64,000 nt of DNA, from the NCBI RefSeq assembly GCF_964355755.1, contig NC_092674.1, forward strand, positions 8,370,001 through 8,434,000. Reading direction: 5' to 3'. Position 1 is the first letter of the stretch; each line of letters begins with the position of its first letter. The notes below the pieces were generated by a model that made no database searches, was not told the DNA's origin, and saw only the letters and a list, made by a program, of their open reading frames with translations. Shown here piece after piece: positions 14,701 through 26,539 of the stretch. This DNA comes from Antedon mediterranea. Lineage: Eukaryota; Animalia; Echinodermata. The position numbers and the translations under genes were made by a program.

Positions 14701-17612
14701 ATCAGAAAACGGAAAGAACAACAGATAAAAGTATGGCTAATAATATTAGTAATATTGTCCCTTACTCAATAAAGGAAAGTTCTGCATCTGGCCAAGGAAG
14801 TACAGATAATCATCAGAAAAAAGGACATTGCAGTGGATCCAATTGTGGAACAAGTGATGAGGAAGACGTTGAATTATTAACATCTAAGAAACAGGAAATT
14901 GTAACTGATAACCTTAAGACTAAAGGGAAAAGTCGACACTGTAGTGGATCCAATTGTGGAACAAGTGATGAGGAAGATGTTGAATTATCAACATCTAAGA
15001 AACAGGAAATTGTAACTGATAAAATTAAGAATAATAGAGATAAAAGTCAACCCTGTAGTGGATCCAATTGTGGAACAAGTGATGAGAATCAGGACGATGA
15101 TGGAGTTTGCTTTCAAAAGGCTAAAAAATCAACAAAAATAACTGATAAAATTAACAAAAATAGAAAGAAAAGTGAACCCTGTAGTGGATCCAATTGTGGG
15201 ACAAGTGATGAAGATAAGGATGATGACAGGGTTGTCTTTCAAAAAGCTCAAAAATCAACAAAGTTAATTGATGAAATTAACAAAAATAAAAAGAAAAGTC
15301 AACCCTGTAGTGGATCCAATTGTGGGACAAGTGATGACGATAAGGATGATGACAGGGTTGTCTTTCAAAAAGCTCAAAAATCAACAAAGTTAATTGATGA
15401 AATTAACAAAAATAAAAAGAAAAGTCAACCCTGTAGTGGATCCAATTGTGGAACAAGTGATGAAGATAAGGATGATGACAGGGTTGTCTTTCAAAAAGCT
15501 CAAAAATCAACAAAGTTAATTGATGAAATTAACAAAAATAAAAAGAAAAGTCAACCCTGTAGTGGATCCAATTGTGGGACAAGTGATGACGATAAGGATG
15601 ATGACAGGGTTGTCTTTCAAAAAGCTAAAAAATCAACAAAGTTAATTGATGAAATTAACAAAAATAAAAAGAAAAGTCAACCCTGTAGTGGATCCAATTG
15701 TGAGACAAGTGATGAAGATATTGAAAAGAAAAGTGAAATAAAGAATACAAATGTAGAAACTGCAAGTAGCCTTTCAACACAAACCAGTAAAGGAAAATCT
15801 AAAAAACGACGAGACAGTGCAAGAAATAAGACAAGTGGCAGCACCAGTGATGAAGAAGATGTTGAGGGAAAGTTAAATCCAACTAAAAAAAGAAGTAGTT
15901 CCAATGGTAAAGAGGAAAATCAATCAAGTTTTCAGAAAGATGACACAATAAATACTTCACCACCTTCACGATCAAGTTCATCTTCATCAAGCTCATCCTC
16001 ATCAAGTTCATCCTCATCAAGTTCATCCTCATCAAATTCTTCTAACTCTGTGTCATCTGAAGAAGAGGAAGAAGAAGATGATGATGATCTTGATGCATAC
16101 AGAATTGATGATCCTGTTGCAATTAGATCACAAATTCTTGATATGAAGACAATATCTTTCATAGGTAATGATGGTAAAAGGTACAAACCTACAAGCAATA
16201 CACTTTGTCAGAGAAATCCAGATACAGAATCTGGAGTTAAAGGGACATCGACTGAAAGTAATCAAAGACTAGATCCTGATAATAGGCCTCCGTCTGCTGA
16301 TGGAAGACCCACTCATCAAGATCAAAGTCGGTCTGCTGGTGGATATTCTAGAAGCCCAACCCACCATGGACAAAGTCCTAATAGGCACCAACATCAGTCT
16401 GCTGGTGGATATTCTAGAAGCCCCACCCATCATGGGCAAAGTCCTAATAGGCACCAACATCGGTCTACTGGTGGATATTCTAGAAGCCCCACCCACCGTG
16501 GGCAAAGTCCTAATAGGCACCAATATCAGTCTGCTGGTGGATATTCTAGAAGCCCCACCCACCATGGACAAAGTCCTAACAGGTACCAACATCGGTCTAC
16601 TGGTGGATATTCTAGAAGCCCCACTCACCATGGGCAAAGTCCTAATAGGCACCAACATCAGTCTGCTGGTGGATATTCTAGAAGCCCCACCCACCATGGG
16701 CAAAGTCCTAACAGGTACCAACATCAGTCTGCTGGTGGATATTCTAGAAGCCCCACCCACCATGGGCAAAGTCCTAACAGGTACCAACATCAGTCTGCTG
16801 GTGGATATTCTAGAAGCCCCACCCACCGTGGGCAAAGTCCTAACAGGTACCAACATCAGTCTGCTGGTGGATATTCTAGAAGCTCCACCCACCATGGGCA
16901 AAGTCCTAATAGGCACCAACATCAGTCTCATGGAGGATATTCTAGAAGCCCCACCCACCATGGGCAAAGGCATGGGCACCAGTATCAGTTTGGTGGTGGA
17001 TCAATGTATGGTCAACATGGTTCAGAAAGACACTCTTCCAGTCCAGATGCTAGGTTCATGTGTACAGGTTCTCAAAGAGATCTTGATAAAAGGCACCAGC
17101 ATCCTACTTCAGAAGATCGTGGCAGGCAGTCACCAAGATACGGCTACCAAAGTTCTGAGAAGTGGAATCGGCAAGGTCCTGATGACTGGTATCGATACCA
17201 AGGAGGCCAAAGAGGCCAATACCAATCAACTAGACATGGTCGATATGGCCAAAGTACTGATTACAAATATCAGCACCATAAATCTGGTTCTCCATTCTCA
17301 CGACGGAGTCACAGAGATTCAATTCCTTACAATAGACATCAACCTCATAGTCGTAAAGCACCTAACAGTACTAGGTATTCTGAAGGAAATCGTTCTTGTT
17401 GGACAGCCAATGACTACATTAAAAGAGATAAAACCTTTTTGCAGTACTACAATACCTTTGACTCAAATCCTTTTGGAGTGAGGTTAGATAAACATGAGAT
17501 GATAAAGGAACTGTATGAGAAAGACTTTAAATCAGCTTCATTTGCTGCTGCAACCAGTAGATTGGGTCTCAAGGAACCGCATCGAAAATGGTGGAAGATT
17601 GAAATTGATTAA
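8757..17612 (+). CDS. TTC14: Tetratricopeptide repeat protein 14 (S1 RNA-binding domain, TPRs, very long RS/low-complexity tail)
   Basis: Exons 8757-9001, 9082-9562, 10132-10322, 10585-10656, 10840-10959, 11394-11516, 11981-12107, 13053-13195, 13658-17612 join in frame (5457 nt, ~1818 aa). Motifs [35 protein letters not shown], an S1-like segment (DVMIGRI...FGLFV...VGDLVRCQV), and [30 protein letters not shown]. Confidence 0.88.
10354..10458. mobile_element. Tc1/mariner-type MITE (TIR CA(G/A)TAGAACC...GGTTCTACTG)
   Basis: Inverted ends flanked by TA on both sides. A related, decayed copy starts near 23364. Confidence 0.65.
13225..13450. mobile_element. TIR element family B (TIR CCAAGGCAATCTAAC), opposite orientation to the other two copies
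   Basis: Shares its internal sequence with 21042-21233 and 55481-55737; flanked by AAAGA / TAAGA. Confidence 0.75.
14021..14185 (+). repeat. Coding tandem duplication, 81 nt / 27 aa ([27 protein letters not shown]) in TTC14
   Basis: Two near-identical units starting at 14021 and 14102, with degenerate neighbours. Confidence 0.9.
14820..15720 (+). repeat. Coding tandem array in TTC14: 8 copies of [10 protein letters not shown], units of 111, 114 then 126 nt
   Basis: GGATCCAATTG recurs at 14835, 14946, 15060, 15186, 15312, 15438, 15564 and 15690. Confidence 0.95.
16332..16970 (+). repeat. Coding tandem array in TTC14: 66 nt / 22 aa, ~9.6 copies ([22 protein letters not shown])
   Basis: GGATATTCTAGAAGC recurs every 66 nt from 16341. 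Confidence 0.95.
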
Positions 17613-17873
17613 TTAATTAATTAATTTGTCCAACTGTATATGACTTAGCATAGTCCCAAGGAGCTTGTGTAGGAACTTTTTGTTAAGGCTGGGATTAAAC
17701 TTTCAGTTGATGGTTCCCGCTGCTCGCATACAAACTGGGAAGAGTTTGAGGAGCTTATCTGCTGATTATCCTCTTAAAAGAGCCCAGTCGAATATGGCTG
17801 TTGCTACGTTAAAAAGGAGTTTACCAAATTATTTATTTATCCTAAATTAAGGGAATTAAACTGTACTCTGTTA

Positions 17874-18020
17874 AGCTCTGTCTATATTATCAAACTTTAT
17901 GTGACAACAAAATGTGATGTGCCAAAATATGGACACGATGATGTCATACAGTATCACTACCATAATTATTTGAGTACATCAAACTTTTTTGTCAAACTAG
18001 TTTGATGTGTAGGCAGAGCT
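17874..18020. mobile_element. MITE family A in the presumed TTC14 3' UTR
   Basis: Both TIRs and core present; lies upstream of AATAAA signals near 18184 and 18273. Confidence 0.8.
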
Positions 18021-18851
18021 TTCAATACAATGTAAACCATCAATGAAGTTTTTGATAATTAATTACTTTTAGTACAAGTTTTAAGAAATTAGTAAAATGT
18101 ATTTAATAGAACATAAATTATTTTTAAAAATCACTTGTACTTACATATAATTTTTTAATGAAGTTCAAAAATGTTTTCTGTGAATAAAATATACATAAAT
18201 AATACTATTTGTTTTAAAATTAACAATGTAATAGGTTTATTTCAGAAATTCGAAATGCAGTATCTTTTTTTAAATAAAAGTTCTAATGAAAATGCTAACA
18301 TTGGGTTATTGTCGTTTTTGTTTTTTGATTAAATATACGCAGTACCATTTCCCAGTCTACAATTTTACTTGATACCAGACACAGTACTGTAATATGAAAT
18401 AGTCATTTGACAGGCATGAGATTGATATACAGTACTGTACTTAAAATTAATTTTTAAAAACTGTGGAGGTGAGAAGAAAGTCTGAGAAAACTGACAAAAT
18501 CGAAAATAAAAATGAACTAAAAAAGGCTCTAGAAAACGATTGTAGCATAACAAGACTTTGTCAACTTTACTTTGAAATCGTTTCAAACGCATAACACTTT
18601 TACTGTACAGTATTTGATTAGACCCTCTTCACAGTGTATGTTTATTTCTTATATCTCCTTATGTATATGACTCTGTTAGCGCTCCATATTCAAAACAGCA
18701 AAACAAACTCGAGCGTAAAAACGCGATCGAGGTGTGCATGCCACCAAAGAATATATATCACTCTTTGATGCCACGTACATTTCGGTGTGGTGACGTGTAG
18801 AAGCCTCGAACCTCTGGCCTAGCTTTATGTTTTTGATACTTTACCAAGATT

Positions 18852-21800
18852 ATGGTGAGTTGAAAATACTGTACTTTTAAATAATTGTAAGCCTTAATAG
18901 TTTTAAATAGAATGTATATTATATTATTAGACCCTACTGAAAATACTATGTACTCGGCTAGGCCTGGCCTTAGCCTAGCTAGTTCAACAACTTCAAGTTG
19001 GCTCAACCCGGTGTTCAGTGTAGTGAAGCATCTGGAGTTATGAAGGTGTCAATAAATGGCCGTTTCGACCCGATTCTAACCGAAATGGTCGTTTCGACCC
19101 GAGGCTTATCATGCATGCACAAACGAGAATAGTTTTCTAAATTATTATTATTTGTATGAAATACTATTACTAGTTCTCAGTCTCAGCGTCTTCATTAAAA
19201 CAAAACATTAACAACGTTTCGAAACAAATCCACAGGATTTTTCAAAGTTTTTAGATAAAGATTTTGATGCTAAGGAATGGGTAAATGCAGCATTCAAGAC
19301 CCAGAAGGAAGAGAAGCAGGATCGGGATGTAAGTTTCAGAAAAAAGAAAAATGCATGGCATTCATAAATACTGTATATATATTCTGTATGTACAATCAAT
19401 ACAATAGATACTAGCTGCCTAGTCTAGCAGCAGTTCCAAGACATTATGTAGTACAGTATATATACAGTATTATTAGTATTATTGGTATGATGCAATGAAT
19501 CAAAGGGTCCTCCTAAATACCAAGAACTACCAAGACCTGTCAATTTAAAGTGTTAATTTAACGAAATATGATATATATATAGACTTCTAATAGCATTTCC
19601 AACAATAAAACCTCAATTTTAGCGCGATATAGACACCAAAAATGTTAAATAATCGACAAGCTTCGCGTTCGTGAAACGAACTGAGTTGATGCATACATTG
19701 CGTCACAAATGTTCGTATTGCGTCAACTAGTATGACCTACCAAGACCTGTCAATTTAACGAAATATGATATATATAGACTTCTAATAGCATTTCCAACAA
19801 TTAAACCTCAATTTCAGCGCGATATAGACACCAAAAATGTTACAAAAATGTTAAATAATCGACAAGCTTCGCGAAACGAACTGAGTTGTTGATGCATACA
19901 TGCGTCACAATGTCCGTATTGCGTCAACTAGTATGGCTCACTAACACTCGACGCAGCTCTCCTGTCGTAGGCCTACTGTGTCGTAGGCCTACTGTGTCGT
20001 AGGCCTATAGGCTACATTAAAAATTGTTGGTGTCTATATCGCACTAAAATTGAGGTTTTATTGTTGAAAAAGCTATTAGAAGTCTACATATATCATATTT
20101 CGTTAAAATAAAACCTTAAAATTGACAGGTCTTGGTAGTTCTTGGTAGGTCATACTAGTTGACGCAATGCGGACATTTGTGACGCAATGTATGCATCAAC
20201 TCAGTTCGTTTCGCGAACGCGAAGCTTGTCGATTATTTAACATTTTTTGGTGTCTATCGTGCTAAAATTAAGGATTTATTGTTTGAAATGCTATTAGAAG
20301 TCTATATATATCATATTTCGTTAAATTAACACTTTAAATTGACAGGTCTTGGTAGTTCTTGGTAGGTCTTGGTAGGTCTTGGTATTTAGGAGGACCCGGA
20401 TCAAATGTTTAATATAAGCTTCTTTGACTTCAATGTTATTTTTCTAACTAAAATATTCCTCTTGTTTTATATAGACATATGCATCTACCTGTGTTTTGAA
20501 ACTTCAACTGTTCATTCAGGTAAAGTCTTCATCTTCTGGTGGTATCTACATACAGTTATTTCTTTGTTTAATGAAAGAAAAATAATAGACATGTTCTCCC
20601 TATTTATGATACTGTACACCCCAGTGGGCCCCTACCCCCTATTTCTTGTATATAAAGATATTACCTTCGAAATGAGATGTTAATAAATAGTCAAAATCTT
20701 TACTGGTCGAACGTATGTCTTTACCAATATACATGAAGGTAAACATACTGTATACAAATGAATACTTGCTTTCCAGCAAGCTTTGGGCTTAGCCTGTGAG
20801 GGCTTATAGCTGTTACACCAACTTATTTATATCATTCTTTGCAGGAGGTAAACAATTCAATTGAGGAAAGCAGCCAACAGGCTATTTTAAACCTTCCCAG
20901 AGTTCTTAGAGATATCGAATCTGTGAAACAGGAAGCCACCTTTCTCAAGGAGCAAATGAAACTTGTCAAGTCAGATATTCAAAAGGTAAAGTAATTTCAC
21001 ATTACTGCATGTCAATATATCCCTACTCTGTTGGTCTCTAACCAAGGCAATCAAACAACAGGATGCTGAGCTCCGGAGATCAATTTGGTTTATTTTGGCA
21101 GACACTACATGCAGCGGAAATGATGTACATAGTACAGTACTGTTGGTATTTTTCGCAGCCAGACATCAAAGGACTGTTACGAGTTCCTATCTTGGCAAGG
21201 CGAACTCAGTGTCCTGTTGTTAGATTGCCTTGATCAGGCTCTAACCGACTTAGTGTTGAATTATCAACAACCAGTCAAGATGGATACACTCGGTTTATAT
21301 TGTAAACCAGTTTTTGAAATTTTTGAAAAGTCTGGGCTAATTTCTACATTTTTTAATTGAAGGTGGAAGAAGACACATCTCAGTCGATGAAGATGTTACT
21401 TGAGATTGACAGTGTCAAGTCGAGAATGCAGGCTGCGTCTGAAGCTCTCCAGCAAGCTGATAACTGGACAACATTGATGGTAGATGTTGATGAAGTCTTT
21501 CTATCAAAAGATGTCAATGCCGTAAGTCACATTAGTTAGGACAAGAGGGTTTATCTTTTGGTTCTAAAGGTTTAGTACAATTTTGGTGTTCTTTCAAAGT
21601 TTGTGTGTTTAACAGATAAACGTATAGTATAATAATTAATAATAAGATTACTACCCACACAGTTTGATTTGATTTTCCAATTATTTGTTTTAATTTTCTA
21701 TAGATTGCAGGTAAACTGGGTGCTATGCAGCAGAGCTTGGTGGGTAACTATTTCGTGTTTATTTATGAAAAAAATAAAATTAAATAATTTAAAATGGTTT

Positions 21801-24800
21801 TTAACTGTAGAAGAAAGAAAGTGATTTTATTTATTTAAGTAATTGGATAATGCTATGCGATTTAAGTTTTGTATTGATTTAAAACCAGTATGTAAATGTT
21901 TGTATTAAAAGTGTATTTATTACTTGATTGTATGTTTAAGTGTAACTTGTATATAAATGTGTTGATCAGGGGGATTACCACCTATCTGATAGGACAGTGA
22001 TTAATTTATTATTGGTAATCCTTGGCCATATGGGCCTAAAGACACTTGTTTGTATGTAAATTCAATAATTCTTTTGACTGCAGAGCATGTTAGCACATTG
22101 TGGTGATTATGAAGAACGTTGTCAACATCTAGAGACACTCAAGAACCGCCTGGAGGCCATGTTAAGTCCACAACTAGTTGGAGCATTCAACACACATTCA
22201 CATGGTACGGATGTGTTCACTGTCATAATCATATATAGATTATAGTTGTCGTCAGATTTTGACAAAACAATGTGATGTGTACATATATGGACATAGTGAT
22301 GTCATATCACTACCATATTTGAGCATATCACTACCATATTTGAGCATTGTAGACAGAGTTTAAGTAGAGGTTGTACTGTAATTCATTTTTATTTTTTACG
22401 AATGATTCCATTTCAGAAGCAACACAACAATACGTAACCATTTTCAAAGATATGGATCGTCTTCCACAGCTGTACAACTACTACCACAAATGTCATAAGG
22501 TATGCTATCAAGTATAAATAACAATCAATGCTATAGTATATACAGCAATGTGTATAAAGTTCTGTCTACACTATTAAATTATTTTGACAAAAAAAGTGTG
22601 GTGTGTCCAAATATGGTAGTGATGTACCCAAATATGTGATATGACATCATTAAGAAATGGGGAATCAAGGTCTCAGAATAATGTGCACCTTTCGGAAGAA
22701 TAGGGCTGTTCATCTCGGCCCATGTCTTTTATGGTAGATGCTCCAGTCAGTGGCGTAACTGGCCAAACCCAGGAGCCTCGGGAGTTTATGGAGGCCCCTG
22801 AGCAGTGTCCAGAGAAAAAAACAGGCATTAAAAAAAAAGGCTTAAAAAACGCCGGAGGCCTTCAGCGTGTTGGTGCCACTTAGGGTTCCTAAACCAGGGG
22901 CGCCTCTGTGTTAGGCCACCAGCTTTAGTGTGGCTGTCGTGGGACCTTATCCCAATTTTCTCAATTGAATGAATGATATAAACAATACATAGGTTGGAGC
23001 ACATAATTGATTTTACTTTAAAAATTGTATTCACTTATTCTTTTATACCTTCCAAATGTCTAGTCTAATTTACTGCAAGCCTGGAAGAAGCTGCAAGAGG
23101 TAAACAGTGCAAAGTCTTTAGTAGAGTGGCTACCAATGTTCTATGACCACCTGATGGCCACCTGGCATTCAGAGGTGCAGTGGTGTGAACAAGTGTTTCC
23201 CAACCCTGGTAAGGTTGTTGTTGAACTCCTAACCCAGACGTTGAGTAGCCTCAAACCGTCATTACCAGCCTGCATGGAGACTACTCTAGAAGAGGATACC
23301 TTATTAAACTTGATTGAATTAAAAAAGGTAAATAACTATTTTTTTTGGTACATTTTTTACAGTACAGTAGAATCCTTATTAAGGGTACACCTATCTTTAG
23401 AACCCAAAAAAAATATATCCTTAAACAAGGGGAAATATATATGTTTTAATAACAATATAGCAACTCCTCATTAAGCCGATTTTCCACTAGGCGAATTTGT
23501 TCGCGCGAATCGAAAGCGTCATGCTCTGCGTATTCGAGTTTCTGTCTGTCATACTCCCTTCTTCGACGAATTCTAGTTCCTTTAATTTTTCGCTTCAGCG
23601 AAATTTACTACTTCGAATTGTTTCTACTTTTTGCGAAGCGAAAGATTGCGCAACCAATTAGAGCTCAGGAAATGAGCTATGACGCTTTCATGAGCAATCA
23701 TGCGAATCAAAATGCTCGGCAACCACGCGAGAAACATGAACGTCGCAGCTTTTCGCTCATGTAGTGGAAAGAGAGTAGGAGATTTTTTTCTTCGCGAGAA
23801 CAAATTCGCCTAGAGGAAAATCGGCTTTAAGGGGACCCAAAAAGTATCCCCTTACAGTAGATTGGCCTCAGAATAGGGATTGGGCTATTGGTATTTTATT
23901 TTTGTTTATTTAAAACACAATTTATTTTACATATGGTCCTGTTTATAAAAAATAAAAGGTTAAAAACATGCATAAAAAAATCTTTTAAATTTGCTAAAAC
24001 AGTAAAGTAAAGTCAAAAATATATTTACATTTATGATAAAACGAGTGAAAATACAAAAAGGAATTTGTAGTTCTAAAATTTGAGTATACCATGAATTTAC
24101 TTTTATTATTCAATGTTAGTTACCACACATTATTATTTCGCTAACGTATATTTCTTCCATACTTTATACTTTTTTTCAGACTACAGATAGGTTTGCAAAG
24201 AACATCGACAGTGCAATAACTACATCTAAGAAAGGTAGGTATTTTTAAAGTTATCTTAAGCTCTGTCTACATTATCAAAAAAGGTATTATGTGCCCGTAT
24301 ATGGTAGTGATATGCTTAAATATGGTAGTGATATGCTTAAATATGGTAGTGATATGACATCATCATATCCATATATGAGCACGTCACATTTTTTTGTCAC
24401 ATAAAATTTGATAGTGTAAACAGACATAACACTACCCTTGAATAGGTTATATTTTTCACCTATAAATATATATTCATATATAAATGTTCTTCTCAATTAT
24501 CCAGCTAATTTTTATTGTCATAGATTCTTGTCTCGGCCTTGAAGAGTTTGAACTTGTGAGGGCGATATATTTACCATACCTGCCATACTTAGCCCGATAT
24601 GGTGCACTTGAAGAAGAGTATTTGAGTCAAGAACTTAGTTGTTTGCAGTTGGTAATTAACTAAATTTTTGTTTATAATACAATAATAATATCCTGGATTT
24701 AAAGAGCGAACTAATGATCAGTCCAACACACTGCGCCACACGCCCTTACCACTATCATTATGCTGGTATGTAGAAAAATGAGTATCATTTCTGTAAACAC

Positions 24801-26502
24801 TTTCTCTTTATTTTCAGGAAAAACGTGATTTGATTGATTGTGCCCAACTTTTATCAAATTCTGTTACGAATATTTTCAAACTGACCAATGATGCGGTTGA
24901 TAGATGTATGATCTTGACCAATGGCTATGATTCTCTTGGGCTCATTCAAGCTGTTAAGGTCTGAAATAAAATATTTGCTATCTACTAAAACTAGGCTTTT
25001 TTAGAAGTAATAATATATATATATACACATCACAGGCACAGAATTAATTCTAAACTGCCCGGTAATATACTGAAAATTAATTAATTTGAAACGATGAAGA
25101 TTAGGAATGAGAATAAGAACAAGTCGCTCCAACCGAGATTCGAACCCGAAACCGTCTTGTTGATATGCAGATGATCTAACCATTAGACCACTAGGGCTTT
25201 CATGGTAATATATGCAGGAGTAATTTTGGATCTGAAAAAAAATGATTTTAATTCTGATGTTTTCAACAAATATTTTGCTTTTTAACTTTAATTATTTTTT
25301 TAATTTATATATAGTGTTTGTTTAGTCGTTATTGCAAGTCATTTAATGCATCCATCAGTAACTTACAAAGTGATTTTGAATCAAGTTTCTCTACGTCAAG
25401 AGAACTTGGGGAAGATTGGACAACTTTCCAGCATGCCCTGAAAGTCATCCAAACATGTGGTAGGATATTTATTTAGAAATATCTAAATAGTAGATTACAT
25501 ACAGTAGAAACACTACCATATTTGGGTACATCACACTTTGTTGTCAAACTAGCTAGTGTAGACAGAGCTTTGATAATATACAAATAATGAATGTTAAATT
25601 ACATTTCAGGTGAATTGCTTCTTGGAATGGAGGATTTTGAAATTAGTCTGAGTGGGTCTATTCTCTCGTCAACAGCTGCTCATCAGTGTGAAGCATTCTC
25701 CCCCACGGCACTACCACAAAAGGCTAGGTAATATTGATAGTATATTTTATTTACCTGATGTGTTCTTCTCACAATAAGACCCAGATCAAACCAAGTTCTA
25801 CCTTATGTATTCATTTGCTCCAACAAATTTTTACAATATTTATTGGAGCCAGACTCCCACACTCCCATAATGTTTTTGGCAACTTCACAATGATCTGAAA
25901 ATTAAAGCATATATATTATTTAAAAACAATAAACCAGGTCATTCCTTGTCTTAAACGTACGTTTTATGGTAAATTTTAATAACAAGAGAGAAACAATGCA
26001 CTACCTCGCGTTGAATGTCCTCTCGTGGACGGTATATAGGCCTAGCCTAGATGGGCTTAGTTTTGTAGGCCTAACTGATAAAAAGTAACGTATGAACATT
26101 GTAAGCTAGCTATAGGCCTAGTATTGGCATCAAGCAGTTGGTAATTGGTTATAAAAATATATACAAGTTCTTCAAAAAACCTATCATTTATATGAAGTGG
26201 CTAATTTAGTTCAATCTTATTTCTGTAGCCCAGTAATTACCAGTGCATTCACAGACTACAATTACCTGTTAGAAAACAATCCAACCAAGTACCAGGATTT
26301 ACTGAGACTCATCCACAATATAAAACAAGGTAAAACTAAACATTGCTATTTTCATTTTTGATCATATTCTTATTTCTCAAAATGGAATGCCTTGTCAAGA
26401 ACTGGCCTAGGTAAGCCACGAGTCTTATAGCTGATGATTCCTTTTATACTGTATCGCCCATGTAAAACATACTTATTTGATGGCCATGGCCTTTCAAGCA
26501 TG

Positions 26503-26539
<37 letters not shown>

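Noticed and set aside
16269-17481. Overlapping 393-aa (+) and 236-aa (-) ORFs as dual-coding genes
   Set aside because: Explained by the stop-free 66-nt repeat and the scarcity of Leu/Ile/Val/Met codons in the main frame, which removes stops from the shifted frames.
13695-17612. 1305-aa ORF as a standalone gene
   Set aside because: An acceptor at 13657 and phase-compatible upstream exons join it to TTC14, whose homologues also end in an RS-rich tail.
25126-25197. Functional tRNA gene
   Set aside because: The anticodon stem is mispaired, the acceptor stem is imperfect, and a second decayed copy shares flanking sequence, pointing to a SINE.
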